A stretch of DNA of 64,000 nt from Pristiophorus japonicus (taxonomy: Eukaryota). Made by a program: the position numbers and the translations under genes. The stretch lies in the NCBI RefSeq assembly GCF_044704955.1, contig NC_091987.1, forward strand, positions 107,260,001 to 107,324,000. The letters run 5' to 3'. The notes under the pieces were generated by a model. The model was not told the DNA's origin, searched no databases, and saw only the letters and a program-made list of their open reading frames with translations. This document shows positions 1-13,529 of this stretch, piece by piece. The first letter of the stretch is position 1. Each line of letters begins with the position of its first letter.

Positions 1-1411
1 AATTATAGACCGGTCAAGCATGACCTCAGTAGCGGGTAAAATGATGGAATCAATTATTAAGGATGTCATAGCAGTGCATTTGGAAAATGGTGACATGATA
101 GGTCCAAGTCAGCATGGATTTGTGACAGGGAAATCATGCTTGACAAACCTTCTGGAATTTTTTGAGGATGTTTCCAGTAAAGTGGACAAGGGAGAACCAG
201 TTGATGTGGTATATTTGGACTTTCAGAAGGCTTTCGACAAGGTCCCACACAAGACCTTAATGTGCAAAATTAAAGCACATGGGATTGGGGGTAGTGTGCT
301 GACGTGGATTGAGAACTGGTTGTCAGACAGGAAGCAAAGAGTAGGAGTAAATGGGTACTTTTCAGAATGGCAGGCAGTGACTAGTGGGGTACCTCAAGTT
401 TCTGTGCTGGGGCCCCAGCTGTTTACATTGTACATTAATGATTTAGATGAGGGGATTAAATGTAGTATCTCCAAATTTGCGGATGACACTAAGTTGGGTG
501 GCAGCGTGAGCTGCGAGGAGGATGCTATGAGGCTGCAGAGTGACTTGGATAGGTTAGGTGAGTGGGCAAATGCATGGCAGATGAAGTATAATGTGGATAA
601 ATGTGAGGTTATCCACTTTGGTGGTAAAAACAGAGAGACAGACTATTATCTGAATGGTGACAGATTAGGAAAAGGGAAGGTGCAACGAGACCTGGGTGTC
701 ATGGTACATCAGTCATTGAAGGTTGGCATGCAGGTACAGCAGGCGGTTAAGAAAGCAAATGGCATGTTGGCCTTCATAGCGAGGGGATTTGAGTACAGGG
801 GCAGGGAGGTGTTACTACAGTTGTACAGGGCCTTGGTGAGGCCACACCTGGAGTATTGTATACAGTTTTGATCTCGTAACTTGAGGAAGGACATTCTTGC
901 TATTGAGGGAGTGCAGCGAAGATTCACCAGACTGATTCCCGGGATGGTGGGACTGACCTATCAAGAAAGACTGGATCAACTGGGCTTGTATTCACTGGAG
1001 TTCAGAAGAATGAGAGGGGACCTCATAGAAACGTTTAAAATTCTGACGGGTTTCGACAGGTTAGATGCAAGAAGAATGTTCCCAATGTTGGGGAAGTCCA
1101 GAACCAGGGGTCACAGTCTAAGGATAAGGGGTAAGCCATTTAGGACTGAGATGAGGAGAAACTTCTTCACCCAGAGAGTGGTGAACCTGTGGAATTCTCT
1201 ACCACAGAAAGTAGTTGAGGCCAATTCAGTAAATATATTCAAAAGGGAGTTAGATGAAGTCCTTACTACTCAGAGGATCAAGGGGTATGGCGAGAAAGCA
1301 GGAAGGGGGTACTGAAGTGCATGTTCAGCCATGAACTCATTGAATGGTGGTGCAGGCTAGAAGGGCTGAATGGCCTACTCCTGCACCTATTTTCTATGTT
1401 TCTATGTTTCT
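1..1411 (+). mobile_element. CR1-clade LINE, 3' part of ORF2 (reverse transcriptase) plus 3' UTR
   Basis: ORFs 20-871 and 881-1315 carry [13 protein letters not shown], GVPQxSVLGP, FADDTK and RPHLEYC..F motifs; premature TGA at 869-871 where Trp is expected; ends in (TTTCTATG)n tail. Confidence 0.95.
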
Positions 1412-3545
1412 CAACCTGTCCTGCCACCTTCAAAACTTTGTGCACATATACTCCTAGGCCTCTCTGTTCATGCCCCCCCTTTAGGATTGCACCCTTTGGT
1501 TTATATCTCCTCTCCTCATTCTTTCTACCAAAATGTATCACTTTGCATTTTTCTGCGTTAAATTTCATCTGTCACGTGTCCGCCCATTCCATCAGCCTGC
1601 CTATGTGCTATTGAAGACCATCACTATCCTCCTCACTGTTCACTATACGTCCAAGTTTTGTGTCATCTGCAGATTTTGAAATTGTGCCCTGTACACCCAC
1701 ATCCAAGGCATTAATATATATCAAGAAAAGCAGTGGTCCAACCCCTGGGGAACACCACTGTATACCTTCCTCCAGTCCGAAAAACAACCGTTCACCTCTA
1801 CTCTCTCTTTCCTGTCACTTAACCAATTTTGTATCCAGGCTGCCACTGTTCATTTTATTCCATGGGCTTCAACTTTGCCCTCATCAACCCTCTCTGTTTC
1901 CTCATCAAAAAACTGGATCAAGTTGGTTAAACACAATTTGTCTTTGACAAATCCATGCTGAATTTTCTTAATTAATCCACACTTGTCCAAGTGACTGTTA
2001 ATTTTGTCCCTGATTATTGTTTCTAAAAGCTTCCCCCTACCAATGTTAAGTTGATCAGCCTATAGTTGCTGGGTTCATCTTTATATCCTTTTTTGCAATT
2101 TTCCAGTCTTCCGTCACCAGCCCTGTTTCTAAGGAGGATTGGAAGATTATAGCCAGTACCTCCGTGAATTCTTCCTTCACTTCCCTCAGCATCCGAGGAT
2201 GTTTCCCATCCGGTCCTGGTGACTTATCTACTTTATGTACAGCCAACCTTTCCAGTACCTCGTCTTTATCAATTCTTATCCCATCCAGTATCTCCTCTAC
2301 CTCCTCCTTTACTATGTCTATGGCATCATCATCTTCCTTGGTGATGACAGATGCAAAGGCCTCACTTAGTACCTCTGCCATACCCTCTGTCTCCATGTGT
2401 AGGTCTCCTTTTTGGTGCCTAATTGGCCCCACCCCTCCTCTTACTACCCATTTACTATTTATATGTCTATAGAAGACTTTTGAATTACCTTTTATGTTGG
2501 CTGCCATTCTATTCTCATACCCTCTCTTTGCCCCTCTTATTTTCTTTGTCACTTCTTTCTGACCTTTCTATATATAGTCTGATTCTCAGATGTATTTGCA
2601 ACTTGACATCTGTCATATGCGCTCTTTTTCTGCTTCATCTTACTCTCTATCTCTTTCGTCATTCAGGGAGCTCGGACTTTAGTTGCCCTACCTTTCCCCC
2701 TCATGGGAATGTACCTCGACTGTACCCGAACTATTTCCCCTTTAAAGGCAGCCCATTGTTCCACTACAGCTTTGCCTGCCAATTTTTGATTTCAATTTAC
2801 CTGTGCCAGATCCGTTCTCATCCCACTGAAATATTCCTAGTATATATTTTTACTCGAGATTGCTCCCTATCCTTTTCCATAGCTAATCTAAATCTTATGA
2901 TACTACGATCACTGTTCCCTAAATGTTCACCTACTGACACTGGCTCCCCAGAACCAGATCCAGCAATGCCTCCTCCCTTGTTGGGCTGGAAATATACTGA
3001 TCAAAAAAGTTCTCTTGAACACACTTCAGAAATTCTTCTCCCCTTCTGCCCTTTACACTATTACGATGTCAGTCTATATTAGGGTGGTTGAAGTCCCCAA
3101 TTATCACTACTCTATAGTTCTTGCACCTCTCTAATGTCTCTGTAAATTTGCTCCTCTATACTTTCCCCACAAGTTGATGGCCTATAGAATACACCCAGTA
3201 GTTTAGTGATACATCTATTGTTTCTTAACTCTAACCAAATAGATCCTGTCATTGATGCCTTCAGAATATTCTCTCTCTCTCTCCAGCACTGTAACATTCT
3301 CCTTAACCAATACTGCCACACCACCTCCTATCTTTCCTTCCCTATCTTTCCTGAACATTCTCCAGGAATATTTAATATCCAATCCTGCCCTTTTTTGAGC
3401 CAGGTCTCCGTTATTGCCACGACATCATGTTCCCATGTGGCTATTTGCACCTGCAGCTCACCAACCTTGTTTACTATGCTTGGTGTGTTCACATACATAC
3501 ACTCTAAACCCATCTTAGACCATCCTGTGTTCACTCTTAGTCTGA
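1412..3545 (-). mobile_element. Older degraded CR1 LINE (endonuclease to RT), interrupted at 1411 by the + strand CR1
   Basis: Minus-strand ORF fragments: YVNTPSIVNKVGEL..VAITETWL (APE endonuclease N-terminus), DKSPGPDG..PRMLRE, MKFNAEKCKVIHFG; many frameshifts. Confidence 0.9.
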
Positions 3546-4204
3546 CTATGTACAGTCTTGGGGAGCCTCCCAGTCGAAAAAGCGAGGCTCTCTTTGCTCG
3601 TAGATGATGATTTCTTCTCTCCATCTGAGATGGAATGCTCAGTCCTTGAATGCATTGAATGAAGCAAGCAAGTGTAGAAGAGGAGAGAGAGAGAGAAATG
3701 GTAGCAAACTGTCCTTCTCTTATACCTGAAAAATGCTTGCTGAAACCTCGCGCCAAAAACCAGTCCTCTGCCTGAGGCAGTCCAACTAAAGAACAATGAA
3801 TCACATCTTTGGCCTGTGCCTTTGTTACCGGGCTCTTTCTGGCAATAAAGGCTCCAACAAGTCTGGGTGGCCAATGGCTTCCTTTGTCCTGAGGTTACCG
3901 CGCTCCAGGGCTATCTCATTCCAGGATGATGGCTTGAGCACTGACCAGTTTACCTGATCTCTCACTAATGGGTTCCCATTACATGACAAAGGGTCCTCCA
4001 TCAGCCATCTACCTGCGATGAGGTTCCTGCTTTCAGCCATTGACCCATCCCAGACTATCCCCGCCCACCTGATGTGTATTCCTGTGGAACATGCCTGGGC
4101 CTGTCCCAGTCATGTTGTCAGCTCTTCTGCAGTAAATGAAATATGGAAAAGCAAAGTCTAAAACTTAAAGTCAAAATCCTGAAGTCTGTGTCAATGTTTA
4201 CGCC

Positions 4205-5610
4205 GATGCTTACAACATCCAAGTATTTTTTTAAATGTGGCGAGGGTTTCTGCCTCTATCACCCATTCAAGCAGTGAGTTCCGGACCTCCCCACTCCATC
4301 ACCATCATCATCATCATCATCATAGGCAGTCCCTCGGAATTGAGGAAGACTTGCTTCCACTCATAAAATGAGTCCTTAGGTGGCTGAACAGTCCAATACG
4401 CGAGCCACAGGCCCTGTCACAGGTGGGACAGATAGTCGTTGGGGGAAAGGGTGGCTAGGACTGGTTTGCCGCACGCTCTTTCCGCTGCCTACGCTTGATT
4501 TCTGCATGCTCTCGGCGATGAGACTCGAGGTGCTCGGCGCCCTCCCGGATGCACTTCCTCCACTTAGGACGGCCTTTGGCCAGGGACTCCCAGGTGTCAG
4601 TGGGAATGTCGCACTTTACCAGGGAGGCTTTGAGAGTGTCCTTGTAATGCTTCCTCTGCCCACCTTTGGCTTGTTTGCCATGAAGGAGTTCCGAGTAGAG
4701 TGCTTATTTTGGGAGTCTCGTGTCTGGCATGCAGACAATGTGGCCTGCCCAGCGGAGCTGATCAAGTGTGGTCAGTGCTTCAATACTGGGGATGTTGGCC
4801 TGGTCGAGGACACTAATGTTGGTGCGTCTGTCCTTCCAGGGGTCAAGATATTTTCCCTCATATCTCCTCTAAACTTCCCCCCAATTACTTTAAATCTATG
4901 TCCCCTGGTTGTTGACCCCTCTGCCAAGGGAAACCGGTCCTTTGTATCCAGGCCCCTCATAATTTTGTACATTTCAATCAGGTCTCCCCTCAGCCTCCTC
5001 TGTTCCAAAGAAAACAGACCCAGCATCTCCAATCTTTCCTCATTGCCAAAATTCTCCAGTCCAGGCAACATTCTTGTAAATCTCCTCTGCACTCTTTCCA
5101 GTGCAATCATATCTTTCCTGTAATGTGGTGACCAAAACTGCACACAGTACTCCAGCTGTGGCTTAACCAGTGTTTTATACAGTTCAAGCATAATCTTCCT
5201 GTTCTTGTATTCCATACCTCGACTAATAAGGGCAAGTATTCCGTATGCCTTCTTAACCACCTTATTTACCTGGCCCACTACCTTCAGGGATCTGTGGACC
5301 TGCACTCCAAGGTCCCTTTATTCCTCTACACTTTTCAGTGTCATACCATTTAATGTGTATTCCCTTGCCTTGTTAGACCTCCCCAAATGCATTACCTCAC
5401 ACTTCTCCGGATTAAATTCCATTTGCCACTGTTCCGCCACCTGACCAGTACATTGGTATCTTCCTGCAGTCCGCAGCTTTCTTCTTCATTATCAACCACA
5501 CAGCTGACTTTAGAATAATCTGCAAACTTCTTAATCATACAGCCTTCCAGTCACACAAACACCCAGCAACCATTACCCTTTGCTTCCTGCCTCTCAGCTA
5601 ATTTTGGAAG
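4205..5610 (-). mobile_element. CR1 LINE 3' fragment, split by an RTE insertion
   Basis: ORF 4772-5305 ([29 protein letters not shown]) switches to RTE sequence near 4842; CR1 terminus resumes at ~4205-4296. Confidence 0.85.
4297..4842 (-). mobile_element. RTE-clade LINE 3' fragment
   Basis: Minus strand encodes WKDRRTNISVLDQANIPSIEA..LRWAGHIV..PDTRLPK-type RTE C-terminus; (CAT)n tail followed by AGGCAGTCCCTCG on the + strand. Confidence 0.88.
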
Positions 5611-5621
5611 GCCTTTGAGAA

Positions 5622-5740
5622 GACAGAAAATGCTGCAAATAATCAGCAGGTCAGGCAACATCTGTGGAGAGAGAACCAGTGTTCACTTCTCAGGTTAAGA
5701 TGTTGCCTGACCTGCTGAGTATTTCCAGCATTTTATGCTG
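5622..5740. mobile_element. Short palindromic Penelope-type terminal fragment
   Basis: AAAATGCTGCAAATAATCAGCAGGTCAGGCAACATCT (~5627-5663) is inverted at ~5698-5734; same family as copies at 36615 and 56153. Confidence 0.6.
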
Positions 5741-6455
5741 TCGTTTCAGATTGATAGCATCCGTTCACAGAGGAAAATGGAAGATGCAGAAAGGAGGAAG
5801 CAGAATGAAGGATTCAACCCAGAGACAGCGTCCTTCTGGCTGGGATATCTGGAATGGAATCATCCCAGTGCCCACAACCCCAACTCCCCTTTCAATATTT
5901 GTCCCATAGCTTCCCTTCCTTGATGATTATCACTGTTGCATCACAAAGCAAATGTTCCAATCCATCTCTATACATCTAGCCATCCAATGCAACATCAAGA
6001 AATCAACTCATCACCCGTATGCATTCTCTTAGTGACTGTCCTGTGTGTGCCTGTGCCTACCCCAGTGGCTGCAGCATGGCTGCTGGAAGGCTGCTGACCT
6101 TCAGTGGGGGACACTGCAAATGACCTTGCTGGCCAACCTTGAGGAGCTGGTGGCAGGGAGTGTCAAATCAAGTGATGGTGTTTCATCATCATCTTCACTC
6201 TCCTCTCCCTCTTCTTGGCCAACCACTGGCTGAGCAAGGTGCATTTCTTGGGTGTGTGAAATGAGAAAGGCATAAGGGTGGAGTTGTGGTGAGGAGAGGG
6301 CGGGAAATTAAGAGGTGCATGCCAGAAGGAGAATGCTGTATGAGGATACTAGAAGCTTGTTGCTCCTCGCGCTCTCACGTTGTTTGTGGTCCCGCTGCTC
6401 GGCTCTCTTGCACCCTTTGTAGGGTTGCTGCTCCTCCTACTCTCGCATTGTTTGA

Positions 6456-6817
6456 AGTAGGAGCAGGAGCAGGCTATTTGGCCCCTCGAGCCTGCTCCAT
6501 CAGTCAATAAGATCATGGCTGATCTGATCTTGGCCTCAACCTCACTTCCCTGCCCACTCCCCATAACCCTTTAGTCCCTTATTGTTCAAAATTCTGTCTA
6601 TCTCCACCTTAAATATATTCAATGTCCCAGCCTCCTCAGCTCTCTAGGGTAGAGAATTCCAAAGATTCACGACTCTCTGAGAGAAGAAATTCTTCCTCAT
6701 TTCTGCTTTAAATGGTCGACCCCTTATTCTGAAACTATGCCCTCTAGTTCTAGGTTCCCCCACGAGGGGAAATATCCTCTCAGCATCTACCCTGTCAAGC
6801 CCCCTCAGAATCTTGTA
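6456..6817 (-). mobile_element. CR1 LINE 3' end
   Basis: Reverse complement of CR1 ORF2 C-terminus and 3' UTR (GATCAGCCATGATC..GGCTCGAGGGGC). Confidence 0.85.
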
Positions 6818-7163
6818 CAATGAGAGGTGATCTCATTGAAACATACAAAAATCTTACAGGACTTGACAGGGTAGATGCAAGGAAGATATTTCCCCTGGCT
6901 GAGGAGTCTAGAACCAGTCTCAGAATAAGGGGTCAGCCTTTTGGGACTGAGATAAAGAGAAAATTCTCCATGCCAGAGGGCTGTGGATGATCATGACAGA
7001 GTATATTCACGACTGAGATCGATAGATTTTTGGATATTCAGGAAATCAAGGGAATATGGGGGGTAGGGCACAAAAGTGGAGTTAAGGTAGATCAACCATG
7101 ATCTTATTGACTAGTGGAGCAGGCTCGAAGGGCCCAATGGCCACTCCTGCTCCTATTTTCTAT
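6818..7163 (+). mobile_element. CR1 LINE 3' end (tail interrupted by the Harbinger element)
   Basis: ATGAGAGGTGATCTCATTGAAACATAC..3' UTR..CCTATTTTCTAT; tail-like TTCTTATGTTCT resumes at ~17163. Confidence 0.85.
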
Positions 7164-8987
7164 GGGCTAGATTTTTCACTATGATTGCTATCGCCCAAAA
7201 ATGGGCGCTATTTCCAGCCTTAGTGCTTTTTTTATTTTTTAGGATCGCTGGAATATCGTCCATTTTAAAAACCGCTAGTTTCTCCTTTTTAATTTGGCCA
7301 ATAGCCTTAGCGATGTGAAATGGGCCTTAGCGATGTATTCAGTCATGCAAGGCTGGCGTCCATAGCAATAGCCATTCTATACATATGCGCTTTTTTTCAG
7401 GCAAATAACTTTTTCTGCGATTCGGGAGGTTAGGGGTCATCTGCGCATGCTCAGAAGGCAAAGGGAGGGAGAGAGAGAAGGAAGGTTTTTGAGGAGGTAT
7501 TTTTTGAAGGAGTTGAGAAGAATATAAGATGGAGATGGACCACGAGGAGTCGGCAGAGAGTGTGGAGGAGGTTGCAGGGAGAAGGAGGTTGAATGCCTTC
7601 TCCGAAGAGGAAAACGAGGCCTTAGTCCACGAGGTGGAGACTTGGTGTGGCCAATTAACTCGAGGTGGGCGTGGGAAACCTCCGCCCCCCCCGGACATAC
7701 CAGCGAATATGGGCGACTGTCGCCGCTGTTGTCTCATCGGTGGCTCACGCTAGACGAGAGGCAGGTCAGTGCTACAAGCGCTGGAACAGTCTTGTTTCAT
7801 CCGCAAGAGTAAGTATTAAATTATTACCTTTATAATTGTAATGATGCACTAACTCATTCATTAGAATGTAAATCTGCCGGATTGTAATTAAGCTGGGTAA
7901 TCTTGGGTAGCTTCCCTGTTAAGATTTGGACTGGGGTCGGAACCTACGCCCTTTTATTCTAATGTTGCTGAGATGCCTTAAACTTAATCGACAGTATTAA
8001 TTATTACTTAAACGCTTTGATCGAAAATTGTGGCCAAAGGAATGACTGGAAACAGACAGACTGCAAACACTCGGCATTTCTACCACTTTAGTTTAGAAGG
8101 AGAATGATTAAATTATATCGCTGCTTATGTGCTGTGAGCAACTCTTTAACTTGGGCACCGTTTCCTTTTTGGTTAGGTTTCCGGATTGGGGGCACGACTG
8201 AGCGCTGACGGGTCCGGTCAGCTTTGCTCAGACTGTGTAAGTCTCTCCGGCTGCTGTCAGTCATACAGTGACCCAGCCTGGACTGGGGGAGAGCTGCACT
8301 GGCTCCCTGTCTGCCCTGGGACACTTTGGGACATTAGCTCCAGCCACACGGGGGTCTCCGAGCACAGCCCAGGGAAACGGTGCCCCCTCCCATTGCCATT
8401 GCCGAGCTCACCAATGGTCCTGATTCCCCCCCTCTGGGACCTCCATCAATACCAATAAACTGCCTTCCTCCCCTCAGGCACCGAATGACATGGACCGTGG
8501 ATGGAGTCTTTCCTGGAGATTGTACGCGAGAGGGTTGGTGTCAAGCATTAGTTCCTAAACATGATCTTATTAAATAGTTTTCTCTGAACGTAGATGTTAT
8601 AACCATGCATCCATTGGATACAAACCGTATTAGCATATAATGTTAACGTTAACGATGAATAGCATGTGGGGTGACTAATTGTGGATTACAATATCTGTTG
8701 TGTTTCTGTAATAGTACCAAGGCAATTAGCTTATGCCATGCTCTTGTCACGTTTGCAGAGGAAGATATCTAAGAATCAGGTAGAGCGGAGGCAGACCAGA
8801 GGAGGGCCTGCTGACCTTCACACTATGACTGATCTGGAGGAACGTGCCGCAGCCTTAGTAAGCACGCATAATCGTTCTGCCACCCATGGGGCTGCAGATC
8901 CCATTGTTGCGCCACGTGAGTAATGTGTAAAGCAGTGGTAAACCAGTGGTAATTGAAAGTAATTTAATGGCATTTGATTATAATATG

Positions 8988-11900
8988 TGTTATATATGTA
9001 AACTTGTATTTACTCTGTACAGCTACCAGAGGGCTCATCCCCTGGAGTCCCAGGGGATCCCATAATCCCTTGCGAGCACAGGTATTTAAAGAGGCCTCAC
9101 AGGTTGGAGAGGCACCCTGGAGACCTGCAATTAAAGACTAAGGTCACACGTTACTTTGAGCTCACAGTGTTCAGTCTGACTCTTTCTCCATACACGACAA
9201 CTGGCAACGAGATACAGATACCGAACCCAAAGATGCAGAGAACAGTGGGCACCCTGGAGAAATTCTCGGAGGGAGATGATTGCAAAACTTTGGTGGAGCT
9301 ACTCGATCAATACTTCGTGGCCAATGAGCTAGATGGGGAAGAGAACGCTGCAAAACGAAAGGCGATCCTCCTCACCGTCTGTGGGGCACCAACGTATGGC
9401 CTCATGAAGAATCTGCTCACTCCAGTGAAACCCACGGAGAACTCGTACGATGATTTGTGCACACTGGTCCGAGACCATTTGAACCCGAAGGAAAGCGTCC
9501 TGATGGTGAGGTACCGGTTCTACACCGACAAAAGGTCTGAAGGTCAGGAAGTGGCGAGTTATGTCGCCGAGCTAAGCCGCCTTGTCGGACATTGCAAATT
9601 TGAAGGACATTTGGAACACATGCTCAGAGACTTTTTCGTACTTGGCATTGGCCACGAAACCATACTTCGCAAACTTTTGACTGTCGAGACCCCAACCTTG
9701 AGTAAGGCCATAGTGATAGCCCAGGTGTTCATTGCCACCAGTGACAATACTAAGCAAATCTCTCAGCACACAAGTGCTGCTACAAGTAGTATAAACAAAG
9801 TGATGTTGTTTTTGAATTGCAAGGTCACACATACCTGCAGCTGCATGTCCGCAGATGTCTCAGAGTCCACCATCAAGGGTGATGAATGCAAGGCCATTAA
9901 CACCTTGTTGGCGCTGAGGGGGTGATCATCATTTCCATTCATGCCGATTCAAAGGGTACGTTTACAAGGGCTGTGGAACAATGGGACATCTCCAACGTAT
10001 GTGCAGGCGAGCTGCAAATCCTGTTAAACCTGCAAACCACCATGTTGCAGAGGAGGACAGATCCACAGAGATTCACGACGAACCAGAGCCTCAGACCGAG
10101 GAGGCAGAGGTACATGGGGTGCACACATTCACCTCGAATTGTCCCCCGATAATGCTGAATGTTGAACTAAATGGACTCCCACGGGCGCGAGCCAGTCCAT
10201 CATGGGCAAAAAGACTTTCGAAAGATTGTGATGCAACAGGGCCTCAAGGCCAGTCTTAACTCCAGTTCGCACAAAACTAAGAACTTACACAGAAGAACTG
10301 ATACTTGTAATCAGCAGTGCTACCGTAAAGGTCTCCTATGATGGAGCAGTGCACAAGCTATCACTCTGGCTGGTACCGGGTGATGGTCCCACACTGCTCA
10401 GCAGGAGCTGGCTGGGAAAGATACGCTGGAACTGGGATGACTTCCAAGCGTATCGCTTGCTGTCGACACTTCGTGTGCCCAGGTCTTAAAACAAATTTTC
10501 TTCGCTGTTTGAACCAAGCATCGGGAAATTCCAAGGAGCAAAAGTGCAGATCCACCTAATTCCAGGGGCGTGACCCATCCATCACAAGGCAAGAGTAGCA
10601 TCGTACATGATGAGAGAAAGGGTAGAGATCAAGCTAGACTGGTTGCAAAGAGAGGGCATCAATTCACCAATCGAGTTCAATGAGTGGGTCAGCCTCATTG
10701 TCCCAGTCCTCAAGGGAGACGGCACCATCAGAATCTGTGGTGATTACAAAGTAACGATCAATCGTTTCTCCCTGCAAGACCAATACCCACTACCAAAGGC
10801 CGACAACCTCTTTGCAACGCTGGTGGGAGGAAAGACGTTCACAAAGCTGAATCTGACTTCAGCCTAAGTGACGCAGGAACTGGAGGAATCATCAAAGGGC
10901 CTCACCTGCATCAACATGCACAAAGGTCTTTTTATTTATAAAAGATGCCCATTTGGAATTCGATCAGCAGTGGTGATATTCCAGAGAAACATGGAAAGCT
11001 TACTGAAGTCGGTCCCGCACACCGTGATCTTCCAGGACGACATCTTGGTCACAGGTCGGAACACAGTCGAGCATCTGCAGAACCTGGAGGAGGTTCTTAG
11101 TTGACTCAACCGCGTGGGCCTCAGGTTAAAATGCTCAAAGTGCGTTTTCCTGGCACCTGAAGTGGAGTTCTTGGGAAGGAGGATTGCGGCGGATGGCATC
11201 AGGCCCACCAACACGAAGACGGAGGCAATCGAGAACGCACCGAGGCCACAGAACGTGATGGAGCTGCGGTCGTTTCTGGGACTCGTGAACTACTTTGGTA
11301 ACTTCTTACCGGGTTTCAGCACACTGTTAGAACCACGGCATGTCTTACTACGAAAAGGGGATGAATGGGTTTGGAGCAAAAGCCAAGGAAATGCCTTTGT
11401 AAAAGCGAGAAAATTGTTCTGCTTAAATAAATTGCTTGTGTTGTATGATCCATGTAAACGTTTGGTACTAGCATGTGATGCGTCGTCATATGGCGTCGGG
11501 TGTGTATTGCAACAAGCTAATGATTTCGGGAACCTGCAACTGGTTGCTTATGCATTCAGGAGTCTGTATAAGTCTGTATAAGTCTGTATAAGACTGTATA
11601 CAGCATGATTGAGTGAGAAGCGTTAGCGTGTGTCGATGGGGTAAAGAAAATGCATCAATACCTGTTTGGGCTAAAATTCGAATTGGAAACTGACCATAAG
11701 CCACTCCTATCCCTGTTTACCGAGAGTAAAGGGATAAATACCAATGCATCGGCCCACACAGAGATGGGCGCTCACGTTGTCCGCATGCAACTACGCCATC
11801 CGCCACAGGCCAGGCATAGAAAACTGCGCCAATGCTGTCAGTAGGCTGCTATTGCCCATCACAGGGGTGGAAATGGCGCAGCCCTCAGATTTAGCCATGG

Positions 11901-13529
11901 TTATGGAAGCATTTGAGAGTGAGCAATCATCCGTCACTGCCCGGCAGATCAAAACCTGGATGAGCCAGGACCCCTTATTGTTCCTAGTCAAAAACTGTGT
12001 GCTTCACAGGAGCTGGTCCAGTGTCCCAGTGGAAATGCTTGAAGAGATAAAGCCGTTCCAGCGGCGCAAAGGTGAAATGTCTATACAGGCAGACTGCCTT
12101 CTGTGGGGCAATCTAATAGTGGTTCCCAAGAAGGGCAGAGACACCTCCAGCAACGACCTCCACAGTACCCACCCAGGCATTGTAATGATGAAACGATAGT
12201 CAGATCCCACGTGTGGTGGCCCGGTATCGATGTGGACTTAGAGTCCTGCGTTCACAGATGTAATACATGCTCGCAGTTAAGCAATGTACCGAGGGAGACG
12301 CCGTTAAGTTTATGGTCTTGGCCCTCCAAATCATGGTCGACTATGCAGGCCCGTTCTTGGGTAAAATGTTTCTTGTGGTTGTCGATGCGTACTCCAAGTG
12401 GATTGAATGTGAGATAATGTCGGCTAGCATGTCCACCGCCACTACTGAAAGCCTGCAGGACATGTTTGCCACACATGGCCTACCCGATGTCCTGGTGACT
12501 GATAACGAGCCATGTTTTACCAGTGCTGAGTTCAAAGAATTCATGACCCGCAACAGGCTCAAATATGTCACATCTGCCCCGTTTAAACCAGCGTCCAATG
12601 ATCAGGCAGTGAGAGCAGTGCAAACTATCAAGGAAGGCTTGAAGAGGGTAACTGAAGGCTCACTGCAGACTCACCTATCCCGAGTTCTGCTTAGCCACCG
12701 CATGAGACCCCACTCACTCACTGGGATCCCACCTGTTGAACTACTCATGAAAAGAGCACTTAAGACAAGGCTCTCGTTAGTTCACCCTGATCTACATGAA
12801 CAGGTAGAGAGCAGGCGGCTTCAACAAAGTGCATACCATGACAGCGCAAATGTCATGCGAGATTTAAATCAATGATCCTGTATTTGCATTGAATTATGGA
12901 CAAGGTCCTAAGTGGCTTCCCGGCACTGTCGTGGCCAAAGAGGGGAGCAGGGTGTTTCGGTTAAACTTTCAAATGGACCCATTCACCGGAAACACTTAGA
13001 CCAAATCAAACTCAGATTCATGGACTATCCTGAGCAACCCACCTTGGACCCTACCTTTTTTGATCCCCCAACATACACACCAGTGGCAACCAGCACCATG
13101 GTTGACCACGAAGCAGAACCCATCATCCACAGCAGCCCAGCAGGACCCAGCACACCAGGCAGCCCGGCAAGGCCAGCTGCACAGCAGCCCAACGAGGGCC
13201 CATCAAGTGATTCAACAATACCAGCTTTCACGCCGAGACGATCAACCAGGGCAAGAAGGGCCCCAGATCGACTCACATTGTAAATAGTTACACTATTGAC
13301 TTTAGCGGGGGGAGTATTGTTATATATGTGGACTTGTATTTACTCTGCACAGCCACCATAGGGCTCATCCCCTGAAGTCCCAAGGAATCCCATAATCCCT
13401 TGAGTGCACAGGTATTTAAGGAGGCCTCACAGGTTGGAGAGGCATTCTGGAGACCTGCAATAAAAGACTAAGGTCACACGTTACTTGGTGCTCACAGTGT
13501 TCAGTCTGACTCTTTCTCCATACATAACA
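8988..13529 (+). mobile_element. Full-length Ty3/Gypsy LTR retrotransposon, decayed
   Basis: 212-bp TG..CA LTRs at 8988-9199 and 13318-13529; 5-bp TSD ATATG (8983-8987, 13530-13534); PBS TGGCAACGAG after the 5' LTR; purine tract before the 3' LTR. Confidence 0.96.
9233..13283 (+). pseudogene. Gypsy gag-pol (gag, protease, RT, RNase H, integrase) with stops and frameshifts
   Basis: Gag (LRDFFVLGI), RT (RICGDYK, PFGI, FQDDIL), RNase H (LACDASSYGVG, ETDHKPL), integrase (DYAGPF, VVDAYSKW, HGLPDVLVTDN) in Gypsy domain order. Confidence 0.92.

Noticed and set aside
3546-4200. Short minus-strand ORFs upstream of the old CR1
   Set aside because: No recognisable motif or consistent frame; left unassigned
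5745-6450. Exon-like or acidic short ORFs
   Set aside because: No convincing donor/acceptor pair or recognisable protein; probably old repeat debris
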